Below are positions 47,815-58,773 of a stretch of 64,000 nucleotides of DNA, one piece after another (position 1 is the stretch's first letter; every line of letters starts with the position of its first letter). The DNA is from Fibrobacteria bacterium. GTDB taxonomy: Bacteria; Fibrobacterota; Fibrobacteria; UBA11236; JADFYW01. The stretch lies in contig JBNKOC010000012.1 in assembly GCA_050294405.1 (NCBI GenBank), positions 576,001 through 640,000 of the forward strand, given 5' to 3'. Under the pieces are notes generated by a model. It ran no database searches, had not been told where the DNA came from, and saw only the letters and a program-made list of their open reading frames with translations. The translations under genes were made by a program, and so were the position numbers.

Positions 47815-49256
47815 GCTTCCTCCGGTTTCGTCCTTTTTTTCTTATGTAAAGAATCTCCATAATATCTCCAAAAAAGTGCCGCAACGTACCCCCTCCAAGG
47901 ACTCATCAATTTTATTTTCTCACTATCGTGTCGTTCAAGGGCTCGAGACAATATTAAATCTGTAGCTGGGAAAGAGTCCGTATTTCTTAAAGCTTTCAGT
48001 GCGATGTAATGTGCAGTCCAGGGGCCAATGCCTTTAATTCGCAACAAATTTTCTATGAACAACTCAACATTTTGGGTTTCTTCAAGCGATATTTCTTTAG
48101 AGGCTATAGCTTTAGCAAAGGCAACCAGGGTTTCTTTCCTTTGAATTGTTGTTTTAAGGCGGCTTAAATCGGCATTGATAATATCACTTGGTGTTGGAAA
48201 TAATTTGATTTCCTTCTCCTCATATTTCTGTCTTTTTCCTGCAATATTAATTAACCCATCCACTAAACTTCTGCCTCTCTCGATACTAACTAACTGTCCC
48301 AGAATGGCGGAGGTGGCAACCTCGAAAGGATTCCAACCAGAGGGCAGGCGGATGCCGGGATATTCCTTTAGTATTTTTTTTACCTTACTGTCCTTTTCTA
48401 AAGAATTGGCAATTACCACCGGATCCGAATCGATATCAAATAACCTTCTTACTTTGGATACAATTGAATAAATTTTTGTTGTATCCGGGAAATCAATTTC
48501 CACAAGCAAACAAGAATTTTTTGGATCATTAGAAATTACCACTTTCCCAATGTCTGTACCATAGGAGATAACCCTTAGCATTTTATTGTCTTCAAACCAT
48601 TCCAAATCACCGACCTTGTGATTCCTATAGACTTTCAAGAGCCCTTCGAAGTCATAAGGGGGACGGTAAGATAAGGAAATTTCAATTCCTTTTGATGTTG
48701 GTTTCTTTTTTTCTCTAATTTCTCTGGGCGTCTTTTTAAACCTCTGCTTAAAGGCATCGTTAAACCGGCGTATGGATTTAAAACCCGAAGCAAAAGCAGT
48801 TTGCGTTATAGGAAGGCCTGTTTCTACAATTAGTTGTCTTGCTAAATTAAGGCGGTTTACGAAGGCGATGTGTTTTGGGGTTGTCCCGATTTCCTTAATA
48901 AACAAACGTCTTAAATGACGTGAAGATACCCCAAACAACCTGGCGAAATCATCCTCATTAAATTCAAACATATCTTTTGTATGCAATACTTTTAGAGCTC
49001 TAGCTACAAGTTCAGAACTTCCAACCCATATGGGTGAATTTGGAGCGCTTTCGGGCCTGCAGCGCATACATGGACGGTAGCCCGCCTTTTCCGCCTCAAG
49101 TCGATTTGAAAAAAAATCTACATTTTCCCGTTTAGGCTTGGCGGGACAAATGGGACGGCAGTATATTCCAGTTGTTTTAACTCCTATAAAAAACTTTCCA
49201 TCAAAGCGATGATCTCTTGCCAGCATTGCCTCGTAATACAGGTCTTCCTTTTTCAT
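47811..49256 (-). CDS. alkA: Ada Zn-finger/AraC-AlkA fusion (DNA-3-methyladenine glycosylase II/regulator)
   Basis: TTGIYCRPIC, RPCMRC, AraC HTH, HhH GIGPWTA, PWRGY. Confidence 0.93.
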   Translation of the reverse strand: MKKEDLYYEAMLARDHRFDGKFFIGVKTTGIYCRPICPAKPKRENVDFFSNRLEAEKAGYRPCMRCRPESAPNSPIWVGSSELVARALKVLHTKDMFEFNEDDFARLFGVSSRHLRRLFIKEIGTTPKHIAFVNRLNLARQLIVETGLPITQTAFASGFKSIRRFNDAFKQRFKKTPREIREKKKPTSKGIEISLSYRPPYDFEGLLKVYRNHKVGDLEWFEDNKMLRVISYGTDIGKVVISNDPKNSCLLVEIDFPDTTKIYSIVSKVRRLFDIDSDPVVIANSLEKDSKVKKILKEYPGIRLPSGWNPFEVATSAILGQLVSIERGRSLVDGLINIAGKRQKYEEKEIKLFPTPSDIINADLSRLKTTIQRKETLVAFAKAIASKEISLEETQNVELFIENLLRIKGIGPWTAHYIALKALRNTDSFPATDLILSRALERHDSEKIKLMSPWRGYVAALFWRYYGDSLHKKKRTKPEEA

Positions 49257-49369
49257 TATAAGAATGATACATTAAAACCACTGAAAAACTCGCCATTTTC
49301 GGACATTATCAAATATTAGATTTTATTTTCGACATTAGATTCCGGGCTTTAAAATAAATATTTCATACC

Positions 49370-50284
49370 CTAGTCTGTAAACCCCAGCAATAACAAGAAT
49401 TCAATATTCCAAATACCTTTGGTTAAATTTTTGCATTGGATTCCCCTATTGACAAACTCCTGTAAAGATATTTTCAGAATTGAATTCTGAAAATTTGTCA
49501 TTCCGTCTTTAAATTCTTTTATTTCTTGAACGGAAAGAAGGTCTTCTTCGGGAGAGATTGTAACATTGGCAAAATGTTTATATCCCTTTTTCTTTGCATA
49601 TGCATAAGTAAGTAAAAAATTACGATGTATTTGCTTATAGCCATTATTTTCCAATTCCAGAATATATTCTGGAGTTAAGAAATCGCCCTCTTTTATCAGT
49701 TTGTTTTTTGTTGCGGAGTCAGACGCAATATTTTGGCCTAAAAGGTCAGTATATTTTGTTTCAATACTTATTACTCCAGCATTTCCATCCATAGTTGAAA
49801 CAATAAACATGGCATCAAAGGCGGATTTGTCATTCGTGTAGTCTTCAATCGGGGTAGGAATAAATTCTACGTCGATTTCCAGTGTGTTTTGAATCCACTC
49901 TATTTCGCGGAATAGGAGCTTTACAATTCTTGAAGCTTCAGGGCTGTTTTTTGCAAGGAGGGCGCGTAAATCTGAGAACAAGTTAAAACACATGGGCATG
50001 CTACTCAGCATATTGTTAAACAAGCGAAATTCATCTATGGTCAGGCTTTTATTGGTTTTCTTTTGCTCGACCTTAAATTTGGCAAATTCAAAGGCTACTG
50101 GGGTGATAAAATTTGAGCCGGATACTTCGCCGCTTTGAAGCATGTTGCCGTATTGTTTTTTGCTGTTTTTTGTTGGACCATAGCAGCAGTTTTCACGGAG
50201 AATTTCAGCACGGTATTTAGATTGGTGCAGTCTGCATTTTGCAGTGAATTTATTATCGGATTTTGATTGTGGGCCCATGTCCAT
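49370..50284 (-). CDS. Putative PD-(D/E)XK restriction-endonuclease-like protein (PGN_0703-like)
   Basis: NMLSSMPMCFNLF, SAFDA, IETKYTD, QIHRN. Confidence 0.7.
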   Translation of the reverse strand: MDMGPQSKSDNKFTAKCRLHQSKYRAEILRENCCYGPTKNSKKQYGNMLQSGEVSGSNFITPVAFEFAKFKVEQKKTNKSLTIDEFRLFNNMLSSMPMCFNLFSDLRALLAKNSPEASRIVKLLFREIEWIQNTLEIDVEFIPTPIEDYTNDKSAFDAMFIVSTMDGNAGVISIETKYTDLLGQNIASDSATKNKLIKEGDFLTPEYILELENNGYKQIHRNFLLTYAYAKKKGYKHFANVTISPEEDLLSVQEIKEFKDGMTNFQNSILKISLQEFVNRGIQCKNLTKGIWNIEFLLLLGFTD

Positions 50285-50539
50285 ATTATTACTAATTCAG
50301 AACCCCAGATTAAGGTTAAGGACCTGTGACCTGACCAAATTGATTGAACAACTAAATTTAAAGCTCCATTGACATAATTCAATATAAACTCCTATGTCGG
50401 AAGTACCCAAGTAAACGGGGGTGCCGGTAAAGTCTTTTTTAGCAAATAAAAATTGCCAAATCGACTTAAATTCGGTTTAAATCTTCTAAAAAGAGCAAAA
50501 CCTATATATTTTGGGTCAGTCAAGGCAAAAGGAAGCAAG

Positions 50540-50724
50540 GTGACTGACCGTTGGGTATCAATTCATGAAATTTGCCAATTTCTGGACATTAATGGCCGGG
50601 AAACTATTTGCAAGTGGATCAACCAGAACAATATGCCAGCTAAAAAATTGGGCGGCTATGGAAATTCAAAAAAGCTGATGTTGATAAAGGGATCCAGGCC
50701 GGAATGGGTAACGCAAAGAAATAA
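50540..50724 (+). pseudogene. Frameshifted excisionase-family HTH
   Basis: GTG start MTDRWVSIHEICQFL..ETICKWI..MPAKKLG continues in another frame as RLWKFKKADVDKGIQAG..*. 1-nt loss near 50652. Confidence 0.75.
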
Positions 50725-50774
50725 TCCCAGAGGAAAAGTATGGCAACACAATTTAATGTTTTCGACTTTCATAA

Positions 50775-50947
50775 GAATGTAATTGTGTAATGGATACAAA
50801 GTACAAAGCGCATAATACCGTAAGTTCAGCTGACTATAATCAGGCGGTTGCTTATGCAGATAGACTGGGATGTGTGGATGCGTTTTTGATATAGGTGGAG
50901 ATTTGGATGTAGCTGGTAGAAATATGATGAAAAAGCTTTTGGAATAA
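50775..50947 (+). pseudogene. McrC-like restriction subunit C-terminal remnant
   Basis: CVMDTKYK....SSADYNQAVAYADRLGCVDAFLI* (ATG 50790, TAG 50892-50894), then FDIGGDLDVAGRNMMKKLLE* in another frame. Confidence 0.65.
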
Positions 50948-51103
50948 GCAACATGGGTCAATGTTGGTTCAAGGAGATAGAGTTTCTCATGAAACAGGTT
51001 TGCCTGGGGTAGCCCATCCCAAACTTTATTAATCAAAATTTGGGGCGATTCAATCGAATATAATTGTCTTTTTTGCCCAAAAACGTATATTTATTTTATC
51101 TAA

Positions 51104-51853
51104 ATGGCTAAAATTAAAAATTTATCTCGTGCGCCCATAGTCGAAGCTATTTTTGACATTAAAGCTCATTTGCCGCATAGTTTTGATGTAAATGAATTTG
51201 AAACTAAAAGTGAAAATCTGCAAGATGTTTTTACTAAAAGATCAGATATAATTGAATTTAGGGGAGGGATTGGAATCGGTGCTCAACCCCCGCCTACAAT
51301 CTCCACTCAATTTTCTGGCCAAAAGAAAATTGGCAAACGTTTTCAGAACGATGATAACTCTAGAGTCTTACAGTTTAAATTGGATGGGTTTACGTTTAGT
51401 ATGGTGAATCATTATACTAACTGGGAAGATTTTATAAATATATCAATGGATTGCTTGCAAACATACCTTCAAATTACAAATCCAACCGATATTACCCGCA
51501 TTGCCCTAAGGTACATAAACCACTTAATTCTAACATTACCTGTTGATTTAACTGAATATCTCACTACCCCACCAAGAACACCACTAGGTGGTCCTAACCG
51601 ACTAAAAGGGTTCATTACAAGGACTGTTTCAGAAGACGAAAAATTAGGTCATTTCGTAAATTTAATTGAAGCTATAGATGTTGGGCCATCAGCTGAAACA
51701 TTAAAGTACATTATTGATATTGATGTTTATAAGCAAATCGCAGGAAGTATTTCTATAGAAAATATGAAAAAACAATTTGAAATATTAAGGGAAACTAAGA
51801 ATAATATATTTTTTGGCTCAATAACTGAAAAAACGGCGGAATTATATTCATGA
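51104..51853 (+). CDS. TIGR04255 family protein
   Basis: LSRAPIVEAIFDI, YTNWEDF, RIALRYIN, IIDIDV, KNNIFFGSITE. Confidence 0.85.
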   Translation: MAKIKNLSRAPIVEAIFDIKAHLPHSFDVNEFETKSENLQDVFTKRSDIIEFRGGIGIGAQPPPTISTQFSGQKKIGKRFQNDDNSRVLQFKLDGFTFSMVNHYTNWEDFINISMDCLQTYLQITNPTDITRIALRYINHLILTLPVDLTEYLTTPPRTPLGGPNRLKGFITRTVSEDEKLGHFVNLIEAIDVGPSAETLKYIIDIDVYKQIAGSISIENMKKQFEILRETKNNIFFGSITEKTAELYS

Positions 51854-52359
51854 GTTCAATAATAAATAGATCACCTACATCTTATGCATGGAATACTCAT
51901 CTCTCCCCATTAGATAGCAATTCTATTGTTAGTAATTCTGCTGCAAGCGATACATTGGTAACCGAAAGCGTTTCAAGGTTAGAAGCTAATACTCACATAG
52001 CAATGCACCGGCACGAACTTTTTGATGAACTAATGGATACCTATAACGATTGCGATGAAGATGGATGGGATGGCTATGGCGCTAAAGCTATGACTCCTGA
52101 GGCTTATTCCAATGCTTCATGCCTTATTCAATTACTTCCAAGCTCAATTGTACCACCTGAAATTGGACCTACCAACGATGGAAATGTTGCATTTGATTGG
52201 AGCAACGGGCCTAAAAAAAGTGTAACACTTGTGATCAATGGATTTGGAGACATTTATTATGCCCAGATTTTAGGCCGGAGAAGGAAATCGGGGTATGATT
52301 ATCTTGAAGGTGAGTTATCGGACGATCTAATCCGTTCAATTAATGAGATTTTCAAATGA
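51850..52359 (+). CDS. Conserved hypothetical protein (WDGYGA motif)
   Basis: DGWDGYGAKA, DGNVAFDW. ATGA overlaps with both neighbours. Confidence 0.75.
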   Translation: MSSIINRSPTSYAWNTHLSPLDSNSIVSNSAASDTLVTESVSRLEANTHIAMHRHELFDELMDTYNDCDEDGWDGYGAKAMTPEAYSNASCLIQLLPSSIVPPEIGPTNDGNVAFDWSNGPKKSVTLVINGFGDIYYAQILGRRRKSGYDYLEGELSDDLIRSINEIFK

Positions 52360-52772
52360 GCATTGATGACCAAATTGAATCTGTTAACCCAACTGATTCA
52401 ATCACAAGGTATGTTTTTTCTAACAGGCAATTAAGAAAGTCAGATCAGAGGCCTAAATCTTCTTTGTTTAAGCCCATGTTCAATAAATTCAAACAAAGAA
52501 AGGAAACCTCTGTTTTCCAAATTTGTAATCTCACTTCAAATGAAGTGTTCGAAATTGGCAAAAGAGTTGAAGAACAAAACTCTCGGACATTATTGGGAAG
52601 GGTGGATCTTAAAATATCTCAAATTTTAAGCTCACATCTAGATTTAGACCCAAATAATGAAGGTCTACCAAGACATGGTGATATTATTGGGTGGCACCCT
52701 GAGGATGAGTTGTTGCAAACTCAAGTACTTGCCGAACAAGCGACAGGTTTCATTCCTGTCGAAGGTGTGTAA
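52356..52772 (+). CDS. Hypothetical protein, possibly ADP-ribosyltransferase-like fold
   Basis: 138 aa with ITRYV, ETSVF, RHGDIIGW. Translationally coupled to the upstream gene. Confidence 0.65.
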   Translation: MSIDDQIESVNPTDSITRYVFSNRQLRKSDQRPKSSLFKPMFNKFKQRKETSVFQICNLTSNEVFEIGKRVEEQNSRTLLGRVDLKISQILSSHLDLDPNNEGLPRHGDIIGWHPEDELLQTQVLAEQATGFIPVEGV

Positions 52773-52834
52773 ATCCCGGGTTTGTCTAAAAATATTTCCC
52801 TGTGAGCGTTTTTTAAAACCGCAAAGCCTTATTC

Positions 52835-52937
52835 CCAACCATCCCTGGCATTAATCTGAAAAAACATTCATGGATAGATGCCTAATTCAATACTTAGTTA
52901 CATGTGATTTTTGAAGATTCAATGCCAGGGTGGTTGG
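52835..52937. repeat. Long imperfect inverted repeat
   Basis: CCAACCATCCCTGGCATTAATCT ... AGATTCAATGCCAGGGTGGTTGG, with further partial inner pairing. Confidence 0.75.
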
Positions 52938-53041
52938 TGCCAAAAAAGGATTTAGACCCAATAAATCTATGTACCAAGAGAAAAGGCCAATAATTCCCAG
53001 GGCTCTGCCCGATAAAAACACCGGGCCATGTTGTGAACCCG

Positions 53042-54373
53042 TTATTGAAATCTACCCATCATCTGCTTCATCTTACGCATATTGCCGCCAGCCCCGGTGA
53101 GCTTCTTGATCATTTTTCTCATTTGATCAAACTGCTTTAAAACCTGGTTTACCTGTTGGATGGACGTTCCCGAGCCCGTAGCAATACGCTTTCTGCGGTT
53201 GCCGTCTATTATTTTGGGATGTGCTCTTTCGTATTTAGTCATGGAGCTTAAAATAGCCTCCACATACACCAACTGCTTTTCATCCACCTTGGCGTCTTTC
53301 ATTTTAGAGAAGCCGGGAATCATGCCCATAATATCCGAGATAGAGCCCATTTTTTTTATTTGTCGGAGCTGGCCTAAAAAATCATCGAGGTCAAATTTGT
53401 TCTGGAGAAGTTTCTTCTCCATTTTTTTGGCTTCTTTGGCGTCGATAACTTCCTGGGCTTTTTCCACCAGGGACACCACATCGCCCATGCCCAAAATACG
53501 TGAGGCGATACGTTCGGGATGGAAAACTTCAAGGGCGTCAGGTTTTTCTCCCACACCCATGTATATGATGGGTTTTCCGGTTACGGATTTTACGCTTAAG
53601 GCGGCGCCGCCGCGGGTATCGCCATCGAGCTTTGACAATACCACGCCAGATATGTTAAGACGTTGGTTAAATTCATCCGCAACATTAACCGCATCCTGAC
53701 CGGTCATGGCGTCCGCCACAAAATATTTATGAGGAGGCTTTAATTTTTTATCCAGGTTCTCCAGCTCTTTCATGAGCTCATCGTCAATTTGCAAACGGCC
53801 AGCGGTATCAAAAATAACAGCGTCGTGTCCATCGGCTTTGGCTTTATCCAGGGCATTGGCGGCTATTTTTAATGGGTCACCCTGGCCTTCTTCGTAGTAT
53901 GGAATACCTAAAGATTTGGCGATGCTCACTAATTGGTTTACCGCAGCCGGACGATATACATCGCAAGCCACCAACAAGGGGTTTTTGCCTTTTTTGTTGC
54001 GAAGGTGAAGTGCCAACTTTCCGCAAAAAGTGGTTTTACCTGAACCCTGAAGCCCCATCACCAATATTTTTTCTGGTGGGGAACCATTGTATGCAGGTTC
54101 GCTGGAACCTTCGCCTAAAAGATTGGTAAGTTCATCGTGGGTGATTTTAACTAACATCTGCCCGGGGCTAACAGAGCTCAATACATCTGCACCCAGAGCT
54201 TTTTCTTTTACCGCATCAATAAATTTTTTGGTGGTTTTGTAATTCACGTCGGCGGCCAAAAAGGCCACCCGGATTTCACGTAGGGATTCTTTAATGTTTT
54301 CTTCAGTAATTTTTCCCTGGCCGCGCAGTTTTTTAAAGGCGGATTCCAGTTTGTCGGAGAGTTGTTCTAGCAT
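53042..54373 (-). CDS. ffh: Signal recognition particle protein
   Basis: GLQGSGKTT, DTAGRL, DAMTGQ, RILGMGD, Met-rich M domain. Confidence 0.98.
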   Translation of the reverse strand: MLEQLSDKLESAFKKLRGQGKITEENIKESLREIRVAFLAADVNYKTTKKFIDAVKEKALGADVLSSVSPGQMLVKITHDELTNLLGEGSSEPAYNGSPPEKILVMGLQGSGKTTFCGKLALHLRNKKGKNPLLVACDVYRPAAVNQLVSIAKSLGIPYYEEGQGDPLKIAANALDKAKADGHDAVIFDTAGRLQIDDELMKELENLDKKLKPPHKYFVADAMTGQDAVNVADEFNQRLNISGVVLSKLDGDTRGGAALSVKSVTGKPIIYMGVGEKPDALEVFHPERIASRILGMGDVVSLVEKAQEVIDAKEAKKMEKKLLQNKFDLDDFLGQLRQIKKMGSISDIMGMIPGFSKMKDAKVDEKQLVYVEAILSSMTKYERAHPKIIDGNRRKRIATGSGTSIQQVNQVLKQFDQMRKMIKKLTGAGGNMRKMKQMMGRFQ

Positions 54374-54586
54374 TTAATACTCAGGTTAAAGGGTATTTAA
54401 AGAATGGTAAAATAAAAAAACTTGGAGGGAGCCCAAAATTGCAGAAAAGCTTAATTAAAAGGAATTGCTCAAGGTTTTCTATAGCTAAGGGAAATTTGGA
54501 GGGCAGGTGGATGAAATCAGCTCCACAATGGCCAGGGTTAGCTATATTTTAGGGCTTAATGGAATAATGCTGTAATTTGGTCCATA

Positions 54587-56014
54587 ATGCATCAAAATTC
54601 TTTTGACATGAAATCCCAGCTTGAGTTTGCCAGGTTATCCGGTGATTTTAACCCCATACATATAAATCAAATTTATTCCCGTCGAAGCTTATTTGGGCAG
54701 ACTTTAGTGCACGGCCTTCATTTGGTTTTGTGGGGTATAGACCAATTTTGCGCAAAAAAACGCCAAGCTTTTTATTTAAAAAAAATAAGAGTTCATTTTT
54801 TATTTCCTGTTGGGCTTGGGGCAGATTTAACCTTGGATATTTCAGAAGAAAGGCCTGGAGAAGCTCTGCTCACCATAAGTTCTGGCGGCAGCAAATCCGT
54901 AAAAATTTCTTTTGCCTATGAAAACAAACAGGACAACCTCTGTGTGGGAGGAAATGTATGTTGGGATTGCGAACCCAATAATCCTTCCTGGGAAGAGTTG
55001 GAAGTTTTTAAAGGCAGTATTCCATTAAAACTGGACAGATGGCTGGCTAAAAAAAAATTCCCCCATTTTTTTCACTGGGGCTCCTTATTGCAAATGTCTG
55101 CATTATGTGCTTCTACCAGAATTGTGGGAATGTTTTGTCCCGGTCTTGACTCCATCTATTCGGCCTTTTCTATTCAGTTTGATGGCCCTCAATCCAATCT
55201 GGAAGATAAGGAAAAAAGCCTGATTTACTTTAAAACCGAAAAATTGAAAAAAAATTTAAAACAATTGGAGATTTCGGTTCAGGGTCCTGGATTTGAGGGA
55301 AGCATTAAAGCCTACAAAAGGCCTGGAGCGGTAGAGCAGCCAGCCCTAAAAGACTTGCAGGCCATTCTTCCTGAAAATTCTTTAGTTGGAAAAAATATTG
55401 TGATAATTGGTGGCACTCGGGGAGTGGGGGAGGTATTGGCAAAATTACTGGGGATGGCTGGGGCCAATATTTTCTGTAGTTATCATATGGGTGAATCTGA
55501 AGCTCGAAAATTAGATCAGGAGTTTTCAGAGGAAAATTTAAAAATCCAATTTTTTAAGTTTGATTGCCGAAACAGCGACCATGTAAAAAATCTTAAAAAT
55601 CGAGTAAAATCAAACCAGCCGCATATGCTGTTTTTTTGTGCCACGCCATTTATTGAAGCCACTAAAGCTTCTGTATTTTCTAAGAAGCTTTATAAAAAAT
55701 TTTGCTCCTATTACATAAAAGCCTTTTACGGGTTGTTTAAAGAGCTGAATAATCCCGATCTTGAACTGGTTTGGACACCTTCCACAGTCTATGCGGACCC
55801 AATTCCAGCCAATTTACTGGAATACGGTAAATCCAAGCAGGTTTTGGAAAAAACGGTTTCTATTTTGTCTCAACGTCACTCCAATATCAGCTGGGAATGT
55901 CCCCGGCTTCCCAGAATGGCCACAGACCAAACCCTGACTTTGCTTGGGGGCGGGCTTCCCATGCCACACGAATATTTCCTGGAATATTTTAAGGAATTTA
56001 AAATTGCGCTTTGA
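54587..56014 (+). CDS. MaoC dehydratase - SDR fusion protein
   Basis: FARLSGDFNPIH..VHG at the N-terminus; GGTRGVG and YGKSK at the C-terminus. Confidence 0.8.
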   Translation: MHQNSFDMKSQLEFARLSGDFNPIHINQIYSRRSLFGQTLVHGLHLVLWGIDQFCAKKRQAFYLKKIRVHFLFPVGLGADLTLDISEERPGEALLTISSGGSKSVKISFAYENKQDNLCVGGNVCWDCEPNNPSWEELEVFKGSIPLKLDRWLAKKKFPHFFHWGSLLQMSALCASTRIVGMFCPGLDSIYSAFSIQFDGPQSNLEDKEKSLIYFKTEKLKKNLKQLEISVQGPGFEGSIKAYKRPGAVEQPALKDLQAILPENSLVGKNIVIIGGTRGVGEVLAKLLGMAGANIFCSYHMGESEARKLDQEFSEENLKIQFFKFDCRNSDHVKNLKNRVKSNQPHMLFFCATPFIEATKASVFSKKLYKKFCSYYIKAFYGLFKELNNPDLELVWTPSTVYADPIPANLLEYGKSKQVLEKTVSILSQRHSNISWECPRLPRMATDQTLTLLGGGLPMPHEYFLEYFKEFKIAL

Positions 56015-56088
56015 ACCAAATCCTCTGTAATTTTTCTTTTGCCAATTTTTTTTTAAATTTCCACGGAAAATTTGAAAAGGAATAAATA

Positions 56089-57084
56089 ATGGCAAAAGTA
56101 TATACCACAAAAGATGGTTCTCTGGCTCCTTTAAAAGGCAAGACCATCGCAATTATTGGCTATGGTTCCCAAGGGCACGCCCAGGCTCAAAACTTAAGAG
56201 ATAGTGGCATCAATGTCATTATTGGGCAGAGAAAGGGTTCGGCCAATTACGATTTAGCGAAGAAACATGGCTTCAAACCTATGGATGCTTCAGAAGCGGC
56301 TAAAAAAGCGGACATCATTCAAATTTTGCTTCCTGATGAAGTTCAACCAAAAGTATATAAATCCGATATTGAACCTTACTTGACCAAAGGCAAAGCCTTG
56401 GTTTTCTCCCACGGGTTTAACATACATTTTGGCATGATTGTACCTCCCAAAGATGTGGATGTATATATGGTTGCTCCTAAGAGCCCAGGCCATTTGGTTC
56501 GTTCCGAGTTTGAAAAAGGCGGCGGTGTTCCATGTTTGTTTGCCGTTCACCAAGACGCCAGCAAAAAAGCTAAAAAGTTGGCTTTGGCCCACACCATGGG
56601 CGTTGGCGGTTTAAAGGCTGGCGCCTTCCAAACCACTTTAAAAGATGAAACCGAAACAGATCTTTTCGGAGAACAGGTCGTATTGTGCGGTGGCTTATCC
56701 AAATTGATTCAATCCGGTTTTGAAACATTAACAGAAGCGGGCTATCCCGATGTTCTTGCTTACTTCGAATGTATGCATGAGGTGAAACTCATTGTTGATC
56801 TTATGTACGAAGGCGGAATAACCTGGATGCGGCACTCCATTTCCAATACCGCTGAATACGGTGATTTAACACGTGGCCCTCGCGTGATAACATCCAAAAC
56901 CAAAGCGGAAATGAAAAAGATTCTGAAAGAAATCCAAACTGGCAAATTTGCCAAAGAATTTGTTAAAGAATTGAACAGCGGTGGCAAAAAGTTTCGCGCT
57001 ATGGAAAAAGCCGGCCAAAATCACCCCATTGAAAAAGTGGGCAAAAAGCTGCGCAAAAACATGAAATGGATTGATGCGAAATAG
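56089..57084 (+). CDS. ilvC: Ketol-acid reductoisomerase
   Basis: [23 protein letters not shown]. Confidence 0.98.
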   Translation: MAKVYTTKDGSLAPLKGKTIAIIGYGSQGHAQAQNLRDSGINVIIGQRKGSANYDLAKKHGFKPMDASEAAKKADIIQILLPDEVQPKVYKSDIEPYLTKGKALVFSHGFNIHFGMIVPPKDVDVYMVAPKSPGHLVRSEFEKGGGVPCLFAVHQDASKKAKKLALAHTMGVGGLKAGAFQTTLKDETETDLFGEQVVLCGGLSKLIQSGFETLTEAGYPDVLAYFECMHEVKLIVDLMYEGGITWMRHSISNTAEYGDLTRGPRVITSKTKAEMKKILKEIQTGKFAKEFVKELNSGGKKFRAMEKAGQNHPIEKVGKKLRKNMKWIDAK

Positions 57085-57111
57085 CATTTAAGGAGGCTCC
57101 CGCTAGGGCCC

Positions 57112-58771
<1,660 letters not shown>

Positions 58772-58773
58772 TT

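Noticed and set aside
50453..51036. Track ORFs 50453-50782 (+) and 50656-51036 (-) as intact genes
   Set aside because: The first is read-through of a frameshifted HTH and the second is antisense to the McrC remnant.
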